Shown here: positions 47,209 through 60,200 of the stretch, piece by piece
How positions within the stretch are numbered: the first letter of the stretch is position 1
Layout of the letters: each line of letters starts with the position of its first letter
Source of the DNA: Takakia lepidozioides
Lineage: Eukaryota > Plantae > Bryophyta
Reading direction: 5' to 3'
Length of the DNA: 64,000 bases
NCBI GenBank assembly: GCA_030704615.1
Contig: CM060734.1
Coordinates: 49,352,001 to 49,416,000, forward strand
Position numbers and translations under genes: made by a program
Notes under the pieces: model-generated
The model's database searches: none
Seen by the model: the letters and a program-made list of their open reading frames with translations, nothing else
What the model was told of the DNA's origin: nothing

Positions 47209-50200
47209 ATGGCTGTACTCCTGTCATCAACGATCTCTAAAGCATTTGGCCTTTGGGTACGGCCCTCAGATGCAGGTGTCCAGCCCCATGCCTCTGTCCT
47301 TCCATGTGTGCTGCGGGGTGGGAGCCACCACCTATCGGTGTTGCATATGAATTTGAGAAGATCAGCTATGGCATTTGCATCTCGCAGGGGTGCAGCCCGA
47401 ACTGACAGAAGGGCGAAACCTTCTTCTTACAAAAAAACCAAGGTCTCTCTCTCTCTCTTTGCCACCACTTAGATCATGCCTAAGTCCCTAGTGACCTGAT
47501 ATGACAATATAGGGCTGAGCTTTGTAGCCCAGTTTGTTGATATTCTTACGAGCTTCAGGAGGGTTAGATTCCCTATCAGCTCAAGGAAATGTCATAGCCA
47601 AAATTTGCAGTAAACAATTATTGAGTAGATCATCTGTCTATTGTCAATTTGATCCCATATTTGGAAGCAGGTCAAGGCTCAGCCTTTCAATGAGTTGTGT
47701 CCATATTTCTCCGGAGTCATGAAAATGATCCTGTCTGAGACTTCTTTTACCTGCAGAAAGTAATATACTTGACTAGATAGAAGAGGCCACCAGCTGTAGG
47801 GAAAATTGACTAAAAGTCCGACGTCCTTTGGAAAACCTGTATGATGTTGGGGAATGTTTCTATCTTGAGGCTCTCTCTTGCCCTGCATGCGACCCAGAGT
47901 GACGGGGGAAACCTCCTGTGCCCTGCACATGCCCATGCATTTCATTTCTGTGGTAAACTCAGGGCTACAAAACTAAATTCAATAACTCTGCAACAGGGCT
48001 GTTGAGTTTGCATGCCGACAAGTGCCTCTGTGCCTCTGTGAGTGGCGTAATGGCAGTTGAGGGAGAATAAGCTGATACCTGCAACCCTGGTGGGTGCAAA
48101 CCCCACAGAAGACTCCGAGAGGGTTAGTTTCCCCCGGGGTCAATGGCCGTAAGGCTATGGCAAGCCAACATCCGCAGGGGAACTGCATGACATTCTCTTT
48201 CCGAGGATAGGGACCAGTCAATGAATACATCACCTTCTTAGAATGGAAGTTCCATTGTCATGGATTTAGAAATTGTCACATCTTGTCACTTCAATGACTA
48301 GAGTGGATTTGTAAATCGTCGCATCTTGTCCCTTCAATGACGAGAGTGGATTTATAAATCGCCGCATCTTGTCCCTTCAATGACTAGAGTGGATTTGTAA
48401 ATCGTTGCATCTTGTCCCTTCAATGACGAGAGTGGATTTATAAATCGCCACATCTTGTCCCTTCAATAACAAGAGTGGATTTTTAAATCGTCACATCTTG
48501 TCCCTTCAATGACGAGAGTGGATTTATAATTCGTCACATCTTGTCCCTTCAATGACTAGAGTGGATTTATAATTCGTCACATCTTGTCCCTTCAATGACT
48601 AGAGTGGATTTGTAGATCTTCACATCTTGTCCCTTCAATGAACTTACCTGAAGCTTCCTTTTTCTCTATCCCTGTAGAAAACACGTCGAGAGGAGGACAA
48701 CAGTGATGCTGCAGCTGAAGCAGCTTTAGAAGCGCTTTTCTCACAACTCGAGAAGGATCTTGAGTCAGGCAGCGATGACGAGGTAGACAGTGATGAAATT
48801 ACTGAGGAGGATGTGCTGGCCTTTGAGCTAGAGCTTGATGCTGCCCTTCTAAGTCTTGAAGGGGAAGAAGACGAAGAAGACGAAGAAGAAAGAGATGGCC
48901 AGATTTTGCAAGAAGGGCCAGAGGATGGGAAAGAGGGGGTGATAGACATGGACATGAGGGATGGGGTCTATGGTCATACCACTGAAAGCCATGTTACCAA
49001 CAGCAATAAGGACTACCATGATGGAGACCATGGGGAGGAGGAAGAAGAGGAGGATGAGGAGGATGAGGAGGATGAGGAGGAGGAGGAGGATGAGGGAGAT
49101 GGAGATGAAGAAGAAGATCAGAGGATAGTGATGCTGGAGAAATGGCAGCTACGCAAGCTAGCTGCAGCAGCAGAGCTTGGTCGTCGGCGTGTAAATGTAA
49201 GCGCCTTCAGCTTTTCTAGCTCAATATAGTCTCTCTTCTTAGGAGCTCTATCGGGCTGTGTGTTTTGGAACAAGCATGACTCCAAGTTCCGAGAGGCATC
49301 ATCCCCTTACTCAGTTTCAGCTGTGCAGCAAGGCATCAGGGGATAGTATATTTTGAAGCAAGATACTTTTGAGATCAAGAAACTCATACAACACTTACTA
49401 TGACTGGCTTGAAGTGCAGGTCAAGGCTTTGGCAGCAGATGTTGGATTGGACCGAAGCGATGTGCTGGCTTGGCTTCGGGATCCCCCTCCTGAGCTTTTG
49501 CTCATGAGTGCCTCCCTTGACCCCAAAGGAGATGACCCTGATGAAGAGGACGAATCCAAAAGGCTGAAGTCCAGCAGGACTGCTGAGGTGTCAGGCAGAG
49601 GATCGTCAGTTGCTCCAGAGAGAACACCAGAGCAGAAGAAGCCCACTTTGGCTCCAGGTGGTGGCCGAGGGGGTCCCCGAAGCTGGCATAGTAATAAAAG
49701 ACTGCGGAAGGAGCATTTAGCAACATTTGAACGTGTTTACCGCCAGACCAAACGCCCATCTGTAAGTATCTGGACCTTCTCTCTGCAAATAGCGTACATC
49801 GTATCGGTCACCAGGTGGTGGTCTGAGAGACAAGAGGTAATTGTGTGTTAACTCTGGCTTTACTATACCCTCCTGGACTGGTCATATGGGTCCTGCACAC
49901 CCAAAGAGATGTGGGGGAGAGATGTACACAGTTAACTGTGTTTGTAGTCCTTGGCAAAGAGAGGGAGACAGAGAGAGAGGCAGCCCAAGTCAGTGTATCC
50001 AGCCCACAGACAACGACTTCTTGTCATGTTTTCTTTTCATCTATCCCTTTTGCATCAGTCAAGCACTAATATGAGGTAGGAAATAGATGTTCTCATCAGC
50101 CCAGTGTACTCCCTCTTTGGTTGGGTGACAACCTGATGGAACCGTCACGGCCCTTTCCCATCCCACTGCATGCATTGTAATAGTAAGCTTTAAGATAGTG

Positions 50201-50500
50201 AGAGAGCGAATGACGCCTTGTTTTCTGTAGCTGTATGTGCAAGACAGGAGTTGAGAAATAGTAGAGGGTGCAGGAGTAGTTCTGAGACCTTGCTGTCCAT
50301 AGGCTATTTGGTGGAGATAGTGATGGAGTGGAGAGACATGATGAGTGACAAGGAGGTTGGGCTGGGTGCAGAATGCAATGGTAGAGAACTTAGTGTTGCT
50401 GACACACGTGCCCCGCAAGCGCATTGTGGAGTGGTTTGATGAGCAACGTCTCAAATCCGAACCCAAACGCACCACCTTCGAGGGTGCCCCAGAAGTCTGA
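47209..50500 (+). CDS. OCP3: OVEREXPRESSOR OF CATIONIC PEROXIDASE 3-like homeodomain protein, 4 coding exons
   Basis: Exons 47209-47442, 48678-49196, 49420-49761 and 50372-50500, all phase 0. Transit-peptide-like N-terminus, ALEALFSQLEKDL, acidic tract, LEKWQLRKLA...GRRRVNVKALAADVGLDR...LRDPPPELLLMSASL, and homeodomain KRLRKEHLATFERVYRQTKRPSNAMV...PRKRIVEWF. Confidence 0.9.
48258..48642. repeat. Minisatellite: 9 tandem copies of a 43-bp unit in OCP3 intron 1
   Basis: Unit GAGTGGATTT(A/G)TAAATCGTCACATCTTGTCCCTTCAATGAC(T/G)A, head-to-tail with no spacers. Confidence 0.97.
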
Positions 50501-51368
50501 TACTGGCTTTGGCCCATGTATCATTGGAAAGAGAACAGAAAGAAGGAAGTTTCTTTTTTTCAGATAAATTTGATTGTCCCAAATGTAGTGTAGGGGTGTT
50601 CTTCTCTTGTCTTGCTGTCATGAATCATGTGAGATGGAATAATCTACTAACTGCGCTACCACATTCCCATGGTTTAGGTCCATTTTTTACAGGATGCATA
50701 TTGTGAATGTATCGATGATGATGGCTCCTTAAAAGTTCAGGCGTCAAACTTCAAAGTGGTTCACTATCTCTTGGTCATCAGTCACCATCAGACACAATCT
50801 TGTCCATAAAGAGTAACAAACATTGTGGAATTATGCTGCATGCATCAACAGATCTCAGAAATCCCTCCCCCTCTTCTCGTCCTCTCTTTCCTACTGTCCA
50901 TGTAAAAGTCATTCCATAGTACACGCCGGATCTATCTAATCCTGTTTGCTCCCCATGCTTTCGCACCTCAGCGTCAGTAGAGACCCAGAAAGCTGCCTTC
51001 GAGATGCAATTAGAACTCTGATTTGGGCAACCTTTGACCCCAATAAATACTTGGTTATGGGGAAGTCCCGGTGTTGCTGCCATTACCCTTGTACCTCTGT
51101 TTCGCCATGCAAGCATCTTGGAAACTGGAGGACAAGGTGAGTGAGGAATACAGTGCCTGCCCATAGATTGGCAGTCAATTTGTGTAACTGAATTGTCATC
51201 AGATCTGCCCCATCACCTTTGGACCAAGCTCAAAACCATGGTCCCATGACCGCCTCTTGTAGGGTTGGTACCTCATGGTGATGTGAAGTTCTTGAGGATC
51301 CACCATAGAGCGACAGGCACCAGTCAAGGACTCTTCCTCATCTGCTCTTCCTGCATTCATGTGCTCTA

Positions 51369-54300
51369 TCATGGAACCATTCGCTCGAGGAGCTCCATAG
51401 CCATGCTCACCTGGCCATGTGCCTCATATAGCTGAATCAAGGTAGTGTAAATAATGCTGTCAGGCTTACACCCGGCTTTTTCCATACGTCCGAAATACAA
51501 AGCGGCCTCCTCCCACTCACCACAGGACCAGCAGGCCCAAAATATTGCAGTGTACGCAAATTTGTCGTGAGTAAGATCATACTCAGTAACCATCCTCTCG
51601 AAGAGAGAGATAGCTTCTGTCAGCTGTCTTCCTTTTGCATACGCACGAAGCAGAGTACAGCACGATTGTGCATTTGCCCTTCAATGCAACAAAACACTGA
51701 AACATGTCAGTTATCAAGGTCTTTATTGGGAGCTCACCACCATGATGGTCAGCACATCATTCAAAGGAACAACATGAGCATATTATGCCTGTTGTATGTT
51801 TTTACTTTACTACTTAGGGCTAAAGCACTGGGGTATAAGGCACCCAGTTCCTGTCTCAGAAGTATACAATACAGAAAGAGAGGGGGTATAGCATGCGCAG
51901 GGGGTTTGTCCTCACAGAAACCTAGTACTGATCCTCTGTTCCCTTTCATGCAACCTTTAAATAAAAATATGCGTGAGGAAATAGAAAAACTTTGTACAGC
52001 AAAGGGCAGCAGTATACCTGATGCCTCTCTGCAGCATCAAGTTGAAAGTGGCCTCTGCTTTCTCCCACAGACCTGCGTTGCCGTAGGCTTTCATCAGCGA
52101 TGTGTAAGTCACCACATTTGGTCTGCAACCCTCCTGCTGCATGCTCTCAAACTTTTGCTCTGCTAGCTCCCAATGGCCTACTTTGGCCAGCGCACTTATA
52201 GTAGTGCTCCAGGCTACTACATCCAGCTTGTGCCCTATTGTCTGCAATTTCCTGATGGTGTGAAGGACTTTCTTCCATTGTCCACCCCTTTCATATGCGC
52301 TCAGCAGCGAGCACCACACCACCTACTCTGCAACGAAACTGTCTCATCATCACCTATGTACTCCAACAACTTGGGCTCTATGTATGAAAGCTTAGCTAAG
52401 AATAGTATCACAGGGGACTGTGTGGATACTTACCCATGTTCATAAGGACATAGGATATGAAATGCATGCACCTGAAGCACTATCCACTGTCTAACTGTAG
52501 ACAGTCGCAGCAAGTCTGACAGAAATAGAATGCATGCATTGCCATAGGTCGCCACCTTAGCCCCCATGCCGCATGTGCACGGGTGACCTTAAAGACAAAA
52601 AGCCACACAGACATCCATCAGATTTGCAGAATTGAGACAGAGCTTGTGAGTCCTGGGAACATTATTTTACCGCATTGGGTGCACACCCAGCATCAAGCAT
52701 AGCCTGAAAAGCCCGCTCAGCATCCTTCCAGTTGCCTTTCTTCTGGAAAACTTTGATCAGCCCGCCCCAGGATATTACATCGGGTTTGCAGTCACTGGCC
52801 TTCATTCGCTCAAGCACTTCGTAGGCAATCTCGGCTTGACCAGCAGTTGCACACGCACTGATAAGGGTGCTCCATGATATGATATCTGGCATTAGCCCAT
52901 CATCTTGGATCCACACAAAAGTCCGTAAGGCATCTTCCCATTGGCCGGTTTTCTCATAAGCGCTTAGGAGCGCATTGTAGCTAACAACAGTAGCTCGGTA
53001 CCCATGGTCCACCATCTCTTGAAAGAGCCCATAAGCCTCTCTGGGTTTTCTGGCACGGGCACATGCCCAAAGCATCTCGGTGTATTCACCTCCCCCGAGC
53101 ACAAAGCCTTGGGCCTGCATGGCAGACCACACCTTCTAACAAATAAGCTCTGATTTTCTCTTAATCTGTAAGTGGTGTAAGGATGAATGCATTTTTCCAA
53201 ATCCAAAAAGCTGTGATCATCCTAGAATAAATGGTTTTCAAGATGTTCTACAGCAAATCCACCTTGTTTGAATTGGTTAAATAAGACCCCATAAATTGGA
53301 AATGCTGTTGTCATAACCTACAAGCCAGTTTGCCTCCACCGAGAGGCAGTCTGCTGCTAGCCAGCACAGGAATCCATGGGATGGCAACAGCTTTAAGATA
53401 ACGGCTGACTTCTAGCAGTCACAGCAGCTGCTGGAAGGTGAGCCGAGATGCTGTACTCTGAGGTTCGGGGCATCCAAGGCCAAAGCAAAGTCACCTTCTT
53501 GCATTGGATGAGTGGTTGCTATGTGTTGAGTACTGATAAAGAATGTAAGCATTGATTCCTACAGGAGATCATGCATGGCCCTTATCAGCCTCAAAGCATC
53601 CCATTTGCTAGCTATAACACCAAAATAACATGAAATACCCAGCCGTAGTCTGGTTATCTCAATTGCTGATCCTACCAGTATCAAGCCATGTATCCCAATG
53701 TGTTCAGTATAAGTTATTGCAGTCCCATGCACTAGTGCATACAACGTCATACTTTGCAGAAGGAACTGCTAGTTGGATACACTGTCTTGCAGCACTCAGG
53801 GCTGTGATGAGGAGAGAGAACTCTCAGCTATAGCAGAGAAATAAGAGAACTACAAACCTGCAAACCCATCAAAAATTGACAAGGTTATGCAACACAACTT
53901 CCACAAAATAGGACATAGCAACCTACTTGCATTTTGTTGATAAAGCCTTGAGCAATATCCCACTGTCCAGCAGCAGTGGTCGCTGAGATTAAGCCAACGA
54001 AGGTAATGCGATCAGGATTAATTCCCAATGACTGCATTTCTATGAATAGATTCACTGCTGCTGTGCCCGCGCCACTCTGCAAAACAAACAGAATTATAAA
54101 CCCAGCAGTAACAGCAAATTCTCAACAGGATAAAAAAAGCCTCAGGGATCGACCATGAGGCATGACAGAGAAGCACAGAGGCACAGACAAACCGAAAAAT
54201 GTCAGGCAAGCTGCATGCTCTGCATTAGGTGCATTACACAGGATGGACCCAGACATGCAGAGGATTGAGAACCAACCCTGGCACATGCCACAATGAGGGA

Positions 54301-55517
54301 ATTGAAGGAGAATACAGGCCGATGGATTCCCTGTTGTTCCATCCACTTAAACAAATGCAATGCTTCTGGTAACCTGTGGCAATATCTGCGCCCAACATGA
54401 TTTCATTCAGTGTATTCTGAATATCTAACAATTGTCATAAATGTGCTGTCCACTCACCTAAACAGAATTTCTGTGATGTGCAGTAATCATAATGGATACA
54501 CTTTTCTTACTGGATTAAATTGTCTTAATTTAAGCACACACTAATCCATACAAAGCATTCAAATTGAGCCCCTCAATGAACAGCCTGCCTTGTTGTCGGC
54601 TCTGATTGTGCTACAGGTCACAAAAACATTTGCTGTTAGTATCCCAAGCTTGTTGAATCAAAACACACACTCATAGATGGCTGATGCTAATCACATGCAC
54701 AGATCCGCCTCCAAAAGAAATAAGCACTGAATCGACAAAATCTATGAAACCTTGAAGAGCCTCACCCAAAGATGGCAATAAGAGTCGTGCAAACATGTGC
54801 GTTGGGGTGAATCCCTGCTGCCCGAAATGCCTGAAAGACACGCAGTGCCCCAACACAGTTCTCCAATTGCCCTAGTTGCCACAGAAGAACATTCATTGAT
54901 CGAACCTCCACCCTCAGGCCTGTCTCGTTCACTACTCCCATGATAGCACTTACTTGTAAATTATCAGTCGTGACTCTCGTTGCAACAGCTTTTGCCAAAG
55001 TATGCAATAGGTCATCTGGGCGTCTCTTCTTCTCCCACCTCTTGACCTCAGGAGGTATACTAGTTTCTGCTATTTGCGAAAGGGGAGGTAGCTCTTCCGA
55101 CCGAGCCGAGGCCTCCCAAACTATTCCGTAGTTTCCAACTGGCGTCCAATCCTCGTCCACATTCCTAGTCCTTCTCTCTGCTCCATGCAAAAGCTCCTCA
55201 CCAAGCTCAGTTACAATGTTGTTACTTGGAGAGACTTGTCCCACTTTTGCGCGTCTCTCCGTAGATGTTTCCCTCACCTTCAAGTCCGTCGCATTCAACC
55301 CACCTTTCGTGAAACAGGACCGCCGAAAATATCCAGCCACCCCCACAGAATTCTTGACATGCGTAAAATTTCTAATGAATCTGTCAGCTGAAAAAACTTG
55401 CGCGTTTCTACCACCACCACCTGCAGAAGAAGCATAAGCTTTTGACATGAATGCAAGCCCTTCTTCGCTAAAACAAGTGGACCCACAAGGCAATGAAGCC
55501 CCTCGAATGACCTCCAT
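51369..55517 (-). CDS. P-class pentatricopeptide repeat protein, 6 exons
   Basis: Approximate exons: 55517-54766, 54385-54276, 54076-53927, 53114-52671, 52322-52018, 51679-51369. They splice in frame into consecutive 35-aa P motifs (e.g. VVSYNALLSAYEKTGQWEDALRTF, PNVVTYTSLMKAYGNAGLWEKAEATF). No E/DYW domain. Confidence 0.92.
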
Positions 55518-55701
55518 TTTGCTGGCCAGAACTACCTCCTTCCCCTGCTTCACAAAGACACATCTTTGCGGGTTTTACATCGCTAAGAATTACACCTCCA
55601 CACCTGTGTTTCCAATCCAACCTATGCCCAATTCTCAGTCTCATATAATCATTCAGGCCTGTCCTTGCCTGTACACCTACTCTCCTTCATCTTGTCGACC
55701 G

Positions 55702-55744
55702 CACACACACACACACACGCTCTCTCTCTGTCTCTCTCTCTCTC
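55702..55744. repeat. Compound (CA)n(CT)n microsatellite upstream of the PPR start
   Basis: CACACAC...GCTCTCTCTCTGTCTCTCTC read directly. Confidence 0.9.
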
Positions 55745-57245
55745 ACTCTGTAACCCGAGTATCTTCGTCTCTTGTGTCTTGAGACGATTCTGGATTGAGG
55801 GTAAGTATTAGAGAATGTTGTGAGGTGGCTGGCATCCAGCCGCCTGCCACCTTCTTCAATGCTCGCCCACGTTTGAAAAATTAGGAAATAGGTCAGCTCG
55901 TTCAGACGACGACGATGTCAGGAAAGAAGACCGACCTTAGGAGAGTGTAAGATGAAATATACTGCATTGCTCTCGGCCAAAATTACAATAGACTCTACAG
56001 TCAATCATCTGTGGGCCTTTTGGAACCTTCTCTTCAACGTCACATTTCTCTGGGTTGACTGTACTTGTATTGTGGTAATATTGAGCTACTTTCTCGATTC
56101 CCTTCCTGTCTCAGGTCTTGTCTTGTCTCTCAAAACCCTGAGCTCTATCTCCCTATGAGCTTCCTGTTCTCATGTATAAAAATGCTGGAGAATTAGAAGG
56201 AAAACAATCAAGGTAAGCTTACTTCCTTTGCAGGGCTTTCTGCAGACTACATTTGGTTTATATGTGTGTGGAGAGAGCCTACTTATCTTCAACAGTGTGT
56301 GAACATTAGATTACTAGAGGACAACACTTTCGACAGCCAATGCATACTTTCCATGCAACTTGTCGCTCTTATCTACCAACCTTGGATAGATCTACGGATA
56401 ACTGGAGTATCTTCTCTCTCTCACATCCCTTCAATCGTTTTTCAAGCAGTAGCATCAGAAATCCATCAAGTCCTGTCTCTCCCACTTCAAGAGGTGAGAG
56501 TATTGTTGCACTTTTCAGAGATCCACTTCTCTCCAAAGTTCACATACACTGCCTTAAATCCACAATTCAGATAAAGTTGCAAAAACACCTTGCACATACG
56601 ACAAACCCTCAAAAAACAACAGCTGGTAATGACAAGGAGTAGCAGCATGCTTGCAGATAGATAGGGGCCAATCTTTATGGTACAATAGTATCACATAAGG
56701 GCAGGCATTTACCTGACATAAAAATGGAGGGGAAGGAACAACGGACATAATGATGTAAACCCTCCAAAGAATTAAGATAATATACTCTGAGTGCTGCGCG
56801 ATGAGAGACCCCCGTGACTCATCTCACCTATACTAAGTGACACTGATTTTCTAGTTGAAATGCTTTACAAAGGAAGGTGATCTCACATACTGGCTTCCTT
56901 GCTAGTCTGTAGTACTGAAACTTTCAAACTTCCAGGAAAAGTTGAAGAACCTTTGATGTAGACTGACAGTAACAACGCCAAGCTGACATAGGAGACCACG
57001 TGAGTAAATGCATAAAGTACACAACATCTTGGTGGTTCAGCCACAAAATGAGAAACATTATCAATGGTCAAGCTTCGGTCATGGGCCAATCCTGGTGGAC
57101 CCAATGTCATATGTGTGAGCCTCATGGCGATCAGTCTTCCAGTCATACCCACTATTTTGCTGAAATCCACTCCTTTCCTTCTCTGACACTCCTGTTGAAT
57201 GGGAGAGCATTGCAAGACCCTTGGGTGCTTGCTCGCCCAACGGCG

Positions 57246-60200
57246 CTACACCTGACGCTCATGTAGAGGGAGGCAAGGAATGAACTGCTTCAACACCTGC
57301 TCGAGTTTCTGAAAAGTCACAGGCTTCGCAATGAAGGAGTCCATGCCATGTGTATAGCACTCCACCATGTTATCTGCCAGTGCATTGGCTGTCATCTGCT
57401 TCGTACCACACTGACTGGTTAGACACTGAACGGTAGCCTAGAACTATGTTACCTGTTTGGCTCCTAGCAACTAGCAGTCCACTTTGCTTCATCCGTTCTG
57501 CGGAAATTTCATCATGGAGGGCATGGGGAACATGCATGACTTGGCTTAGTGCTCACACTGAACACTACCAAAAACCACAAATCAGGCAAAGGGCATTATC
57601 CTGTGAAAGAATTACCGCAATAATGGGAGTTCTCCGCTTCAATGAAGCTCTTGAAGACGATGTGTCTGGAAGTCGCACAGCAGGTGGAAATTCACTAAAG
57701 CTACAATTGTCCATTGTCTTTGTGTCTGCCTCATTAGTGTCAGCCCACAAACCTGTCTCTTCAAATTTCCGAATACGTCGTGTTGCCTCTAGCCCATCCA
57801 TCACTGGCATACACACATCCTGCATTCCCCAGTGCAACATCAACCCCACGCTATTCTGCCATTGTGAAAATTCAATAAACGTCAATCACATTGACATCCA
57901 CAAGTGATCTTACATCACCAACTGTGGCCAAGTCTACACCGTAAAGGCCCAGGGAAGACACAGCTCATCACTGACTTCAAAAACCTCCCTTGTGCTGTTT
58001 TGAGGTCGACAAACCCTATGAGGGCAAAATATAGACTGACACCAAATCCTTGATTCTGCTTGCTTTCAATGGTTAGTACCTAAACCATTCGTTATCTTAC
58101 AACATGGGGGAGGACATCTTGGATGACCTCAAGGGTCTACCTACTCTCGGCACTAGACTGAAATTTAAACTCAGGGCAGGAAGCCTACCTTTGAACAGCA
58201 AACAGAAGCAGAGAGGAAAGGGAGAGTGCAAGTGCCCCTTGTGTGGGCAATCTGAAGACAGTATTCATTTTCTGATACACTGTCCGGGGTTCTCTCACCA
58301 AAGAGACGCTCTCTTCAAATCTATCAAGGGAATTGTGCCTGTACCCCTGTTTACCTCTCAGGCCCTCCTGAGGCCTAGTTTTTGGGCAAATCACACACAG
58401 CAGATTGATGCTTGTGTGAAGGGATTTCTAGAGGATATCTGGCAAACCCGGATTAATTCTATATATGAAGGTAAGTCTTACTACCAACGTCAGCCCCTGA
58501 CAGAGGTAGGTTCTGTCCCTTTTGTTCCCGCTCAAACTGGGCGCGGGGTCAATGGCCACAAGGCTACGGCAAACAACGTCTTATGAGTACAATCTTTATC
58601 TTACAACAATCAAACTACTTCAGGGGACACCAAAATAGTGAGAACATGAAAGCCCAATGCTAACTTACCATCAAAATGAGATCATAGGTACTTCTCTGAA
58701 GTGCCTGGACCGCCTCGGCTCCATTGCTCACGACCTCCAGAGTGTGCCCCAGCCGTTTTAGCATTGACTGTGCGACCATCACATTGACCTTATTGTCTTC
58801 TGCAAGTAAAATCCTGGAAGGTCTCTGCTGTCTGGAGCGTTGTGGGGAGGCTACGGGTGCAGGCGGCCTCCCCACAAAGTGCATCTTTCCTCCCTTTTTT
58901 GATGGGCCAGGCCCAGGAAGAGAATGAGCCTGTGCTTGCCATGACTGTGATACAAAACCTGGTTGCATCACACTTCTATTCACCAGTGGTCCTGGTGACT
59001 GGCATTGGGATAGAGAAAGACCAGGAAGGTAGCCCCCCTTTGTGTGTGTAGAGTCTGCTTGGGAACCACCACTGGCAGCCGAGTTTCTAAGCCTGTAACT
59101 GTCTTGTGTTTTCAAGCTGACTGCCCTTGATTTAGTGGGAGCAGCCACCGCATAGTCTTTAGTGCCATATCTCAAGCTGGTAAGCCCATGGTCCCTACTG
59201 ACAGAGGAAAAGGGAGAGGTGCTCATGTTGGTAGAAAGGATGCTCTGGTCTATATCAGACAAATTTACCCCAATCCCATGTGCCAATGGGGACCTCGACT
59301 TGGGCATAGCTGATCCTGTCAAGGTGGCCACTGCCGATGAGTTTCCTTTAAAATTGGGGTTGAAGAGAGGTTGGACTGTGGAAGTATTTGAAGAGCTTGA
59401 TGAACCCGTGACAGTTGACGTGAAATGGAAGTAGTCAAACTTCTTGTAAGCAAGGTGCTCATGACCTTTATCCATGGTGACTTCTTGCTCATCTGACAGC
59501 ATGCGGTACACTTCATCACTCTGTGGTCCAGTGCTTGCCTTATCCTTTACAACTTGAAGTGGTAATTTGAACGTGAATGTCGACCCCACATTCTCTTTGC
59601 TGGCGACGGTTAGGGTTCCACCCATTAACTCAACCTACATCTCAAAACCACAAGGCTCAGTCATATAACCATCACAAAGTAGTCTGGCTCCTATGACATA
59701 CAAGCAGAGTTAGAACCAAGAAAGCCAAATTGGTAACCCGTCTCTTTCACTCTCTGTACAACGAGCCAAGCCATAGCTGCCTCCTGTACAGTAGATTTCA
59801 TCCAATGCAAAGAGCTTTGGCACGTCCATACGAGACCTAGGGCCGATGGCAACTTGTATATCCCAACAGGTCTGAAATTGCAAGGCTTGCTGTAACGACA
59901 GCACGATATAGCTTACAGCTATATTCTTTCTTTCTTTCTTTCTTTCTTTCTAAACCCCCAATTCCCCTGCCCTGGTACCAAGCAAGAAAAGCACAGAGGA
60001 TCTCTATATCCAGTGAGGACTCACCAATTGTTTACAGATAGCTAAGCCCAGGCCTGTGCCACCATACTGGCGGGCATGCGTTGTGCTGACCTGTGTGTAC
60101 TTTTCAAACAAGGACGGCAGTGCCGCTTCTGCAATATATCACACAGAAATATCCCCATCAGATTTGGTGTTTGCTGCAGAAAAGAGGACCACAAATCAAA

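Noticed and set aside
48258-48642. Regular repeat array as a CRISPR
   Set aside because: Units are head-to-tail with no unique spacers, lie in a spliceosomal intron, and no cas genes are present.
49035-49120. (GAG/GAT)n repeat as an independent feature
   Set aside because: It is the coding acidic tract of the OCP3-like protein.
47209-55517. OCP3 and PPR adjacency as an organellar RNA-processing cluster
   Set aside because: PPR genes are abundant in plants, so adjacency is expected by chance without synteny evidence.
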